Source: an uncultured Caulobacter sp. (GTDB taxonomy: Bacteria; Pseudomonadota; Alphaproteobacteria; Caulobacterales; Caulobacteraceae). From it: a DNA stretch of 64,000 bases. Below are positions 28,956 to 37,363 of this stretch, piece by piece. The stretch lies in NCBI GenBank assembly GCA_937991555.1, contig CALKHU010000135.1:1787-65786 (forward strand), written 5' to 3'. A model generated the notes under the pieces. The model was not told the origin of the DNA, searched no databases, and saw only the letters and a program-made list of their open reading frames with translations. Position numbers and translations under genes: made by a program. Each line of letters starts with the position of its first letter. The stretch's first letter is position 1.

Positions 28956-30065
28956 CTATTCGGCCGCCATGGCGCGCGGCGTGACCGGCAGCGGCTTCTC
29001 GAGGGTCGCCCAGTCGATCAGGCCGTCGTGGACGTCATCCTCGAAGCGCAGGACGCCGAGCGCCTCGAACTTCGGACGCACCGCCTCGGTGAGCAGGCCG
29101 ATCCGCTTCAGGTTCGGGATCATCCGGGCGAACAGGAAGTCGCGGAAGGCGCCGCCCGCCTGGGCGTTGTGGTTGATCTCGCGGGCTTCCTCGAGCGTGA
29201 AGCCGTACTCCTGCGGCACGTCCACGCTGAACAGCCGCTCACGCATGATGACGCAGGCCTCGTAGGCGAACTGCGCGCGTTCCTCGATCTCGTGCTCGGG
29301 CAGGGCGCGGATCCAGTCCTCGAGGTAGTTGACGCCGAAGGCCACATGCCGGCCCTCGTCGCGCATCACCAGCTCCAGGATCTGCCGCAGCAGCGGATCG
29401 CGCGTGCTCTGGGTCATCGCCTGGAAGGCCGCCAGGGCCAGGCCCTCGATCAGCACCTGCATGCCGATGAACTTCAGGTCCCAGCGCTCGTCGGTCAGGA
29501 CCTTGTCGAGCAGCAGCTTGAGGTTCGGGTTGATCGGGTAGACCAGCTTGCAGCGTTCGCTCAGGTATTTGTGGAAGACCTCCACGTGCCGCGCCTCGTC
29601 GAAGGTCTGCGACGAGGCGTAGAGCTTCGCGTCGTAGGTCGGGGCGCAGCTGACCAGCTGGCTGGCGACCAGCATCGCGCCCTGCTCGCCGTGCAGGAAC
29701 TGCGACAGCGTCTGGGCATGGCTGCGCCAGGCGAACTCCAGCTTCTGCTCCTCGCTCAGGGCCTCGTACTTGGGGTGGCCGGCGAAGGCGTTCTGGGCCG
29801 GATCGTTGGGAAACTCGGACTTCGGGAAGGGCGCATCCCAGTCGACGTCCATCTGGGCGTCCCAGTTGAAGCGCTTGCCGAGCTCGTACAGCTTCCTGAT
29901 CCGCGCGTTGGCGTCGTGATAGTCCCAGTTGTACGAGCCGGTCAGCGGCGTCTTGAAGATCTCGCGGATCACCTCGACATCGGCCGGCGTCAGCACGTCG
30001 GTCAGCTCATTGTCGAAGACCTGGACCTCGCGCGGCGGCCCGTCGACCTGGTGAACATTCAGCAT
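28956..30065 (-). CDS. Ferritin-like diiron protein (AurF/R2-like fold)
   Basis: HGEQGA, DEARH, IEGLA and DEGRH diiron motifs. Confidence 0.82.
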   Translation of the reverse strand: MLNVHQVDGPPREVQVFDNELTDVLTPADVEVIREIFKTPLTGSYNWDYHDANARIRKLYELGKRFNWDAQMDVDWDAPFPKSEFPNDPAQNAFAGHPKYEALSEEQKLEFAWRSHAQTLSQFLHGEQGAMLVASQLVSCAPTYDAKLYASSQTFDEARHVEVFHKYLSERCKLVYPINPNLKLLLDKVLTDERWDLKFIGMQVLIEGLALAAFQAMTQSTRDPLLRQILELVMRDEGRHVAFGVNYLEDWIRALPEHEIEERAQFAYEACVIMRERLFSVDVPQEYGFTLEEAREINHNAQAGGAFRDFLFARMIPNLKRIGLLTEAVRPKFEALGVLRFEDDVHDGLIDWATLEKPLPVTPRAMAAE

Positions 30066-30141
30066 GGTGTTTCTTCCCTGATCCCGCTCGAAAAGATGAC
30101 GCAGGCGTCACTTTTGTCTCGCGGCAGGGCCTTGCCGGTCG

Positions 30142-30185
30142 TTGACCTGGATCAAGAGTGATCGTGCGGGATTGATCCGCGTCAA
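30142..30185. promoter_or_regulatory. Tandem FNR/FixK boxes TTGACCTGGATCAA (30142-30155) and TTGATCCGCGTCAA (30172-30185)
   Basis: Two consensus boxes between the divergent diiron gene and hemN. Confidence 0.85.
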
Positions 30186-30256
30186 GGAAGGGGAGGGGCC
30201 GGGCCGCCTAGAGAGTCCCGACGCCGCTCGCTTTCCTGCCATCGGAACTGACGCCC

Positions 30257-31642
30257 TTGAACACCATAACGACGCCCGCCCCGTCCCGCGACGCGTTGAT
30301 CGCCCGCTATGACGGCCGCGCGCCGCGCTACACGAGCTACCCCACCGCCGTGCAGTTCTCCGCGGAGGTCGACGCCGCCGTCCACGCCGACTGGCTGGCG
30401 AGCCTCGATCCGGCGCAGGCGGTCTCGGTCTATCTGCACATCCCCTTCTGCAAGCGGCTGTGCTGGTACTGCGGCTGCCACACCCGCGCGACCACCCGCG
30501 CCGAGCCGGTGTCCGACTACGTGACGGGACTGATCGAGGAGATGGCGCTCGTCGAGGCCGCCCTGCCGGGGCGGTTGCGGGCCCGCGAGATCCATCTCGG
30601 CGGCGGGACGCCGAACATGCTGTCGCGGGACGACCTCACCCGGCTGTTCTCGGCGCTGCGGCATGTGTTCGCCTTCTCGCCCGGCGCCTCGGTAGCCGCT
30701 GAGCTCGACCCGGAGGTGCTGACCCGCGAATGGGTGCAGGCGGCGGCCTACCACGGGCTCAGCCGCGCCAGCCTGGGCGTCCAGGACCTGTCGCCGCGCG
30801 TCCAGCGGGCGGTGAACCGGATCGAGTCGTTCGAGGTCATCAAGGCGGCGGTGGGCTGGCTCCGTGAAGCCGGCGTGCTGTCAGTCAACCTTGACCTCAT
30901 GTACGGCCTGCCGACCCAGAGCGTGGCCGACGTGGTCGCCACCCTCGACCAGGTGCTCACCCTGAGGCCGGAACGGCTCGCCCTGTTCGGCTACGCCCAT
31001 GTGCCGTGGATGAAGGCCAACCAGCAGCTGATCCGCGAGGCGGACCTACCGGGGCCGGCCGAGCGCTTCGACCAGAGCGAGGCGGCGGCAGAGCGGCTGG
31101 CCGCCGAGGGCTATGTCCGTATCGGCCTCGATCACTACGCCCTGCCGGACGACGAGCTCGCGGTAGCGCTGGCCGAGCACCGCCTGCATCGCAACTTCCA
31201 GGGCTACACGACCGACGCCAACGCCGTGCTCATCGGCCTGGGGGCCTCGTCGATCAGCCGTCTGCCGAACGGCTTCGTCCAGAACCAGGCCCAGGAGCGG
31301 CTCTGGCGCGAAGCGGTGGCCGCCGGCCGGCTGCCGACCGCACGGGGCGTCGCCCTGACGGCGGAGGACCGTCTTCGCGGCGAGATCATCGAGCGGCTCA
31401 TGTGCGACCTTGCGGTCGATCTGCGCGAGGTCCGCGCCCGGCACGGCCAGGCGATGACGCACCTCCCGGACCTCGGCGACGCCGTTGAGCGGCTCAAGCC
31501 GTTTTTCGAGGACGGGCTGGCGGTCGCGGATGGAGACCGGATCATCGTCACCGACGCCGGACGGCCGCTCGTGCGCTCGATCGCGGCCGTGTTCGACGCC
31601 TATCTGGACCCGTCCGCCGTCCGGCACTCCAGGAGCGTCTGA
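30257..31642 (+). CDS. hemN: O2-independent coproporphyrinogen III oxidase
   Basis: PRYTSYPT, HIPFCKRLCWYCGC, GGGTP and RNFQGY motifs. Confidence 0.96.
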   Translation: MNTITTPAPSRDALIARYDGRAPRYTSYPTAVQFSAEVDAAVHADWLASLDPAQAVSVYLHIPFCKRLCWYCGCHTRATTRAEPVSDYVTGLIEEMALVEAALPGRLRAREIHLGGGTPNMLSRDDLTRLFSALRHVFAFSPGASVAAELDPEVLTREWVQAAAYHGLSRASLGVQDLSPRVQRAVNRIESFEVIKAAVGWLREAGVLSVNLDLMYGLPTQSVADVVATLDQVLTLRPERLALFGYAHVPWMKANQQLIREADLPGPAERFDQSEAAAERLAAEGYVRIGLDHYALPDDELAVALAEHRLHRNFQGYTTDANAVLIGLGASSISRLPNGFVQNQAQERLWREAVAAGRLPTARGVALTAEDRLRGEIIERLMCDLAVDLREVRARHGQAMTHLPDLGDAVERLKPFFEDGLAVADGDRIIVTDAGRPLVRSIAAVFDAYLDPSAVRHSRSV

Positions 31643-32214
31643 TGCGGCGTCGCGTCCTGGTCATCAACGGCCATCCGGACCCGTCCGGCGACCGGTTCTG
31701 CACGGCGCTGGCGGCCGCCTATCTGCGCGGCGCCGACCGCGGCGGCCACCAGATCCGCCGCCTCGATGTCGGGACCCTCAACTTCGATCCGGTCGCCTCG
31801 CCCGCCGAGTTCATGGGCCATCCCGGCGAGGCCGCGAAGGCCGCGCAGGACGACATCCTGTGGGCCGACCACGTCGTCATCGTCTATCCGCTGTGGCTCG
31901 GGTCGCCGCCCGCCGCCCTGAAGGCCTTCCTCGAACAGGTGTTCCGCTACGGCTTCGCGCTCGGCAAACCGGGCTCGGGCAAGATGGGCCTGCTCGGCGG
32001 CCGCACCGCCCGGGTTGTGGTCACGATGGGGATGCCGGCGCCCTTCTTCAGCGTGATCTTCGACGGCGCCGGCCTCAAGTGCCTGACCAGAGGCATCCTG
32101 CGGCTGGCCGGCTTCCGGGTCGCCAGCACGGTCATCGGCTCGGTCGAGAGTTCGTTCGAGCGACGCCGGAGCTGGCTTCGCCGGATCGAGGCGCTGGGCG
32201 CCCGCGCCGTCTGA
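31642..32214 (+). CDS. NAD(P)H-dependent quinone oxidoreductase, flavodoxin-2 fold
   Basis: VINGHP and YPLWLGSPPAALKAFLE motifs. Confidence 0.88.
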   Translation: MRRRVLVINGHPDPSGDRFCTALAAAYLRGADRGGHQIRRLDVGTLNFDPVASPAEFMGHPGEAAKAAQDDILWADHVVIVYPLWLGSPPAALKAFLEQVFRYGFALGKPGSGKMGLLGGRTARVVVTMGMPAPFFSVIFDGAGLKCLTRGILRLAGFRVASTVIGSVESSFERRRSWLRRIEALGARAV

Positions 32215-32228
32215 GCTCCGACCGGCGG

Positions 32229-32489
32229 TCAGGCGGCCGAGGCGGGACGGGCCTCCGGCGCCGGCTCCGCCGCAGGCGAAGGCGGCGGGCAGAGGAAACG
32301 CCCGGCCAGTTCGCCCGTTCTCAGATGAATTCGCAGCTCGACGTAGTCGCCGCGGGCCGCGAGCGCGGCGGCCAGCCTGCGGGCCGCGCGTTCGGCCCGC
32401 GCCCCGCTGCGGAACAGCATCTCGTTCGCGATCGCCGGCGAACGAACGGCCCAGCCGCTTCCGGCCGGCACGACGGAGACAGTTTCCAT
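32229..32489 (-). CDS. Small hypothetical protein
   Basis: GGAGG RBS and plausible 86-aa ORF. Confidence 0.65.
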   Translation of the reverse strand: METVSVVPAGSGWAVRSPAIANEMLFRSGARAERAARRLAAALAARGDYVELRIHLRTGELAGRFLCPPPSPAAEPAPEARPASAA

Positions 32490-32550
32490 GTCATCCTCCC
32501 TGACAACCTAGCGCTGATCTAGTCGCCGTATCCGCCGCCGCAAGAGCCGG

Positions 32551-32736
32551 TCACGCATCCTGCGCCGGCATGCTGACCCGCGCGATCTCGCGCAACACCA
32601 GGGCGGCGGCGACCGCGCGCTCGCGGACGAGGCCTCGCGCCGTCTCCCGCCCCTCCGGGTCACGGACGACCCAGGACCAGCCGCCTTCGACAGGGCCGAT
32701 CGAGAACCGGAGATACTTCAGCGCGGGGCTGCACAT
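32551..32736 (-). CDS. Small hypothetical protein
   Basis: 61-aa ORF directly downstream of an ECF-type promoter. Confidence 0.55.
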   Translation of the reverse strand: MCSPALKYLRFSIGPVEGGWSWVVRDPEGRETARGLVRERAVAAALVLREIARVSMPAQDA

Positions 32737-32781
32737 TCGACGTCTTCCTGTCTGGGTGTGGCGCCCCGCTCCGCCGCTCGA

Positions 32782-32806
32782 AACGGCAGCAGAGCGCGGG
32801 GGTTCC
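32782..32806 (-). promoter_or_regulatory. SigT/EcfG-type promoter GGAAC-N16-CGTT
   Basis: Minus strand reads GGAAC ccccgcgctctgctgc CGTT. Confidence 0.65.
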
Positions 32807-32932
32807 TCGACCCGGAGCCGTGTCCGGAACCCGACATGGCGACGGCTTGGGAGCGCTGGGTCCGGTTCAGGACATAAGGGACTCTTCGGCCCGTCGACGC
32901 GTAGAGGGAGCCTCCAAGTTCAGAGGACGGCG

Positions 32933-33832
32933 ATGACCAGCGAGATTTTCGATCACGGCGACGCTTGGGCCGGCGAGGCCTTCCAGCGTCGTCTGGCGCG
33001 ATGGAACCGCGAGCGGCTCGCGGTCGGCAAACCCCACCCGCACTGGGCCGCGGATCTGGTCGAAGAGGCGGCGATGCGGCGGCTCGAGGGCGCCTTCATC
33101 GAAGCCATGCGCCTGGAGGTGGTTGAGTGGGCAGAGGCCGCCCCGAACGATCCGGACGGGTTCGTCGCCTGGTTCGAGGCGCTGAAGGAGAACGGTCCCG
33201 GCCAGAACGACCCGCTGTTCCCGTGGCTGGCCGACGCGGCGACCCTGGAGGACATGCGCTGGTTCCTCCTCCAGGAAGTGGCCGGCGAGGCGGGCTTCGA
33301 CGACCTGGTGGCGATGACGCAGGTGAAGATGCCCACCCGGGCCAAGCTGGAGCTGGCTCGCAACTACTGGGACGAGATGGGGCACGGCGGAGAGCCCGGC
33401 ATGCACGGCCCCATGCTGGATCGTCTGGCCCGGGCGCTGGACCTGAATCCGACCATCGAGGGCGCCCTCGCGCCGTCGCTGGCGCTGGGAAACACCCTGG
33501 TGGCCTTCGCCACGACGCGGCGGTACGCCTATCACGCGGTGGGCGCCCTCGGCGCCGTGGAGCTGACCGCGCCCTGGCGCGCCGCCCATGTCGCCTCCGG
33601 CCTCAAGCGGCTCGGCGTCGGCAAGGAGCGTCGCTACTTCGCGCTGCACGCCACGCTCGACGTGAAACATTCGGAGACCTGGAACGCCGAGGTGCTCCGC
33701 CCGTTGGTCGCCGCGGATCCGGACTGCGCGAGGTTTATCGCCGAGGGCGCCCTGATGCGGCTTCGCTGCGGCGAACGCTGCTTCGACGCCTATCGCGAGG
33801 CGCTCTGGACGCCGATGCGGGTGGCCGTCTGA
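32933..33832 (+). CDS. Heme-oxygenase-like diiron (iron-containing redox enzyme) protein
   Basis: NYWDEMGHG....HG, E, and YFALHATLDVKH ligand pattern. Confidence 0.82.
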   Translation: MTSEIFDHGDAWAGEAFQRRLARWNRERLAVGKPHPHWAADLVEEAAMRRLEGAFIEAMRLEVVEWAEAAPNDPDGFVAWFEALKENGPGQNDPLFPWLADAATLEDMRWFLLQEVAGEAGFDDLVAMTQVKMPTRAKLELARNYWDEMGHGGEPGMHGPMLDRLARALDLNPTIEGALAPSLALGNTLVAFATTRRYAYHAVGALGAVELTAPWRAAHVASGLKRLGVGKERRYFALHATLDVKHSETWNAEVLRPLVAADPDCARFIAEGALMRLRCGERCFDAYREALWTPMRVAV

Positions 33833-34188
33833 TGGGCCGCGCCCTGGTCCTGACCGAAGGCGGGGCGGCGGCGCTGGCTCGCGCTCTGGCCGAGCAGGGA
33901 TGGACGGTGGACGCCTGCGCCCCGGCCGCCGCTGCGGAGGCCGCGGACCTGGCGGTGGATCTCATCGCCTGCCCGTTCACCTACGGCGCCGGACAGAACG
34001 GCCCGCACCTGCTCGCGGACCTGCTTGAGCAGCATCCCGAAGCGGGCGCGCTGTTGTTCGGGGACAGGATGCCGGACGGCTTCGCCGACACGCTCGGCGC
34101 GGTCCCTGGCGTCCCGACCGTCCGGGCGGCGCCGGACGCGCGGCTGCTTCGGATCGTCGTCGACTGCGCGCTCGCCCGCCCTCATTGA
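33832..34188 (+). CDS. Hypothetical protein, degenerate receiver-like
   Basis: TGATG coupling to the upstream gene; alpha/beta pattern without the phosphoacceptor consensus. Confidence 0.5.
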   Translation: MGRALVLTEGGAAALARALAEQGWTVDACAPAAAAEAADLAVDLIACPFTYGAGQNGPHLLADLLEQHPEAGALLFGDRMPDGFADTLGAVPGVPTVRAAPDARLLRIVVDCALARPH

Positions 34189-34209
34189 GGAAGAGCGAAC
34201 GGCGGCCGG

Positions 34210-34413
34210 TCAGCGGAAGGCGTTGCCGGGCTTGAGTCCCATCGCCTTGAACGCCTTCGCCGCCGGGCAGAAGCCGGTGAAGGCCGCCTGCAGCATGTTG
34301 AGGCCGGCGAAGGCGGCGAGGCCGATCCACCAGGGATGCACCGTGAGGCTGAGGGCGATCCCCGCCAGCACGACAATGCCGGCGAAGGCGAAGACGGCGC
34401 GGTCGATGTTCAT
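34210..34413 (-). CDS. DUF2892/YgaP-like membrane protein
   Basis: MNIDR..LQAAFTGFCP pattern. Confidence 0.85.
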   Translation of the reverse strand: MNIDRAVFAFAGIVVLAGIALSLTVHPWWIGLAAFAGLNMLQAAFTGFCPAAKAFKAMGLKPGNAFR

Positions 34414-34509
34414 GATTGCGGCTCCGGGAATGAAGCCCCCGCGGGGGCTCGAAGGGCTTGGGCGGCGCAGTCGCCGTGGAGGGGCCTGGCGGCGTGACCG
34501 GCGCGACGA

Positions 34510-35793
34510 TCAGTCCTTGATCTTCCGCGCGCCGATGATGTCCAGGGCGAGCTTCTCGTAGAAGGGCTCGCTCTCGCCGCGCTTCACCTTCGACAGGAAG
34601 TACTTCTCGAACGCGACCTTAGCGAGGTGAACCCATTTGCCGCTCGCCGCCCAGTTCACGTTGCGGGGCGGGATCTGCGGCTGGGCGACGAAGGCCACGC
34701 CGCCATCGCCGAAATCGGCGAGGCAGATCGCGTTCCACGTCGCCTCGTGCGTCGGTTCGGCGCCGGCAGTCGCCTCGGCGAGGTTGTGGGCGACGGCGGT
34801 GACCATGCTCTCGATCATGAAGCCGGTCTTCGGCACGCCGACCGGGACGGGGGTCGGTCCCATCGGGGGGATCGCGACGCAGACGCCGACCGCGTAGATC
34901 TCGGGGAAGGTCGGATTGCGCTGGTGCTTGTCCACGATGATGAAGCCGCGGGGATTGGTCAGACCCTCGATGCCGCGAACGGCCTCGACCCCCCGGAAGG
35001 CCGGGAGCATCATCGCGTACCGGAACGGCAGGTCATGGCTCGCGGCGACAGACCCGTCCTGCGCCACCTCCTCGACGGCCATTCCGCCCTCGGTGACTTC
35101 CTTCACGCGGGCGTTGACGATCCACTTGATGTGCCGTTGCCGGAGTTCGCTCTCCAGCAGGCCCTTGGTGTCGCCCACGCCGTCGAGGCCCAGGTGGCCG
35201 ATGTAGGGCTCGGACGTGACGAAGGTCATCGGCACCCGGTCGCGCACCTTTCGGCGGCGGAGCTCGGTGTCGAGGATCAGGGCGAACTCATAGGCCGGCC
35301 CGAAGCAGGACGCGCCCTGCACGGCTCCGACGACGACGGGACCGGGATTGGCCGCAAGGGCGTCGAAGGCGTCGGCGGCGGTCTCGGCGTGGGCGACGTG
35401 GCAGACGGACTGGGTGAAGCCGCCATGCGGCCCGAGGCCCGGAATTTCGTCGAAGGCCAGCTCGGGACCGGTGGCGATCACCAGGTAGTCGTAGGTCACC
35501 GTGCCGCCGTCGTTCAGTTCGATCTGCCGTCGGGTCGGGTCGAGCCGCTTCGCGCCGGCGTCGGTGAAGGCGATCCCCTTGCGCGCGAACACGGGCGCCA
35601 GCGGCACTTCGATGGCCTTCCGCTTGCGCCAGCGGACAGCGACCCAGGGGTTGGACGGCGTGAAGTGGAACCGGTCCTCCCTGGCCACGACGGTGATCGT
35701 GGCGCGATTACCGACGGCCGCCTTGATTTCATAGGCGGCGATGGTTCCGCCAAGGCCGGCGCCAAGGACGACGATGTGGGGTTTGCCGTTCAT
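34510..35793 (-). CDS. sqr: Sulfide:quinone oxidoreductase (type I-like)
   Basis: GAGLGG, SVC, GASCFGPAYE, VPKTGFMIESM and CLADFGD motifs. Confidence 0.9.
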   Translation of the reverse strand: MNGKPHIVVLGAGLGGTIAAYEIKAAVGNRATITVVAREDRFHFTPSNPWVAVRWRKRKAIEVPLAPVFARKGIAFTDAGAKRLDPTRRQIELNDGGTVTYDYLVIATGPELAFDEIPGLGPHGGFTQSVCHVAHAETAADAFDALAANPGPVVVGAVQGASCFGPAYEFALILDTELRRRKVRDRVPMTFVTSEPYIGHLGLDGVGDTKGLLESELRQRHIKWIVNARVKEVTEGGMAVEEVAQDGSVAASHDLPFRYAMMLPAFRGVEAVRGIEGLTNPRGFIIVDKHQRNPTFPEIYAVGVCVAIPPMGPTPVPVGVPKTGFMIESMVTAVAHNLAEATAGAEPTHEATWNAICLADFGDGGVAFVAQPQIPPRNVNWAASGKWVHLAKVAFEKYFLSKVKRGESEPFYEKLALDIIGARKIKD

Positions 35794-35859
35794 GACCCTT
35801 CGGGACCTCCATTGGTCGGGCGGGTTCATGCCCGCCCTGTCGCTTCCGCTTGACTACAT

Positions 35860-35891
35860 ATTCATAAATGCGCATATACGCAATTATGAAT
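35860..35891. promoter_or_regulatory. AT-rich near-palindromic operator (tandem ATTC-N8-GAAT-like boxes)
   Basis: ATTCATAAATGCGCAT ATACGCAATTATGAAT between divergent sqr and rhodanese. Confidence 0.7.
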
Positions 35892-35939
35892 TTTCTTCGG
35901 TCACTGACTGGGGCCCTGGGGCTCCTTGGAGGCAAGTCT

Positions 35940-36299
35940 ATGTCGGGCCAACTCATTGACATTGCGCCGGATCAACTGCGCGAGGCGATGGAGGCGGGCG
36001 AGGTCCTGCTCGTCGACGTCCGGGAACCGGCGGAGTTCGCCGTCGCGCGGATCCATGGCGCGGTGAATCATCCGCTGTCGACCTTCGACCCCAGGGCGCT
36101 GCTGTCGGAAGCCAACCCCCGGCACGTGATCCTCCAGTGCGGCTCGGGAAAGCGCTCGGCCATGGCGGCGGCGCGTTGCCAGGCCGCCGGGTTTGACGTC
36201 GACAAGCATCTGGCCGGCGGGATCCAGGCCTGGGCGGCCGCCGGGCTGCCTCTGATCGATATCAATGCGGCCACCGGCCAGCTGCGGGATCCGGGCTGA
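35940..36299 (+). CDS. Rhodanese / sulfurtransferase
   Basis: DVREPAEF, CGSGKRS and LAGGIQAW motifs. Confidence 0.9.
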   Translation: MSGQLIDIAPDQLREAMEAGEVLLVDVREPAEFAVARIHGAVNHPLSTFDPRALLSEANPRHVILQCGSGKRSAMAAARCQAAGFDVDKHLAGGIQAWAAAGLPLIDINAATGQLRDPG

Positions 36300-36331
36300 G
36301 CGTAACAGCGGCTATCGAGGGGTTGCGGCCG

Positions 36332-37363
36332 ATGAACATCCTGCGAACCGTGTGGCTGCCCGCCGTGCTGGCGGCGACGCTGACGGCCTGTGGCGGCGGC
36401 GAGGCCGAGAAGACCGAGGTCAAGGCGGCGCCCGTCAGCGGCCGGCTGTCCGTGGTCGAGCGCGTCGTGCCCGAGACGAAGCCGGTCGCCGGCGAGATCA
36501 CCACCCGTGACCTCGCCGAGGCGCGCGCCCGCATCGGCGGAACGGTGAGTATTCTCAAGGTCCGCGAAGGCGACATGGTCAAGGCGGGCCAGCTCCTCGC
36601 CGTTGTGTCCGACGCAAGGCTGGCCATGGAGACGTCGGCCTACGACGCCCTGGTCAGCGCCGCCGCAGGCGAGGCGGCCCGGGCCCGGGCCGACCTGGCG
36701 CGGACGAAGACCCTGTACGACCAGGGCGTCTACGCCAAGGCTCGCCTGGACCAGGTTGAAGCCGCCGCCAAGGCCGCGGAGGGCAACCTGGCCGCCGCCC
36801 GGGCGCGCCGCGCCGCCAGCGCAGAGGTCGGCGCCCAGGGCGCGATCCTGGCTCCCGCCACCGGTCGTATCCTCAAGGCGGACACGCCGCTCGGATCGGT
36901 CGTCGGCGCCGGACAGAGCGTCGCGACGGTGACGTCGGGACCGATCCTCGTCCGCATCACCCTGCCCGAAGGCGAGGCGCGTGCGCTGGTCGTCGGGGCG
37001 GCGGTGCAGATCTGGCCCGACGGCCCTGCCGGCGGCATGGTGACCGGTTCGGTCGCCCAGGTGTATCCGGCCGTCGACGCAGGCCTGGTCACCGCCGACG
37101 TCACCGTGCCGGGCCTGACCGACAACCTGATCGGCCGTCGCCTGGCGGCCCGGGTGGAGATCGGTCGTCGCAAGGCGATCGTGCTGCCGCGGCGCTACGT
37201 GGTCACGCGGTTCGGCATCGACTACGTGCGTCTGATCCGTCGTGACGGCTCGGTGGCGGACAGTCCCGTGCAGACGGCGCCCGGACCGACCCCCGCCGAG
37301 ATCGAGATCCTGTCCGGCCTCGCCGCCGGGGATGCGATCGCCCTGCCGGAGGCGGGCAAGTGA
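36332..37363 (+). CDS. RND periplasmic adaptor (lipoprotein)
   Basis: LTAC lipobox, VREGDMVKAGQLL, coiled coil. Confidence 0.88.
   Translation: MNILRTVWLPAVLAATLTACGGGEAEKTEVKAAPVSGRLSVVERVVPETKPVAGEITTRDLAEARARIGGTVSILKVREGDMVKAGQLLAVVSDARLAMETSAYDALVSAAAGEAARARADLARTKTLYDQGVYAKARLDQVEAAAKAAEGNLAAARARRAASAEVGAQGAILAPATGRILKADTPLGSVVGAGQSVATVTSGPILVRITLPEGEARALVVGAAVQIWPDGPAGGMVTGSVAQVYPAVDAGLVTADVTVPGLTDNLIGRRLAARVEIGRRKAIVLPRRYVVTRFGIDYVRLIRRDGSVADSPVQTAPGPTPAEIEILSGLAAGDAIALPEAGK

Noticed and set aside
35962-35975. FixK-like box TTGCGCCGGATCAA
   Set aside because: Inside the rhodanese coding sequence; may be chance
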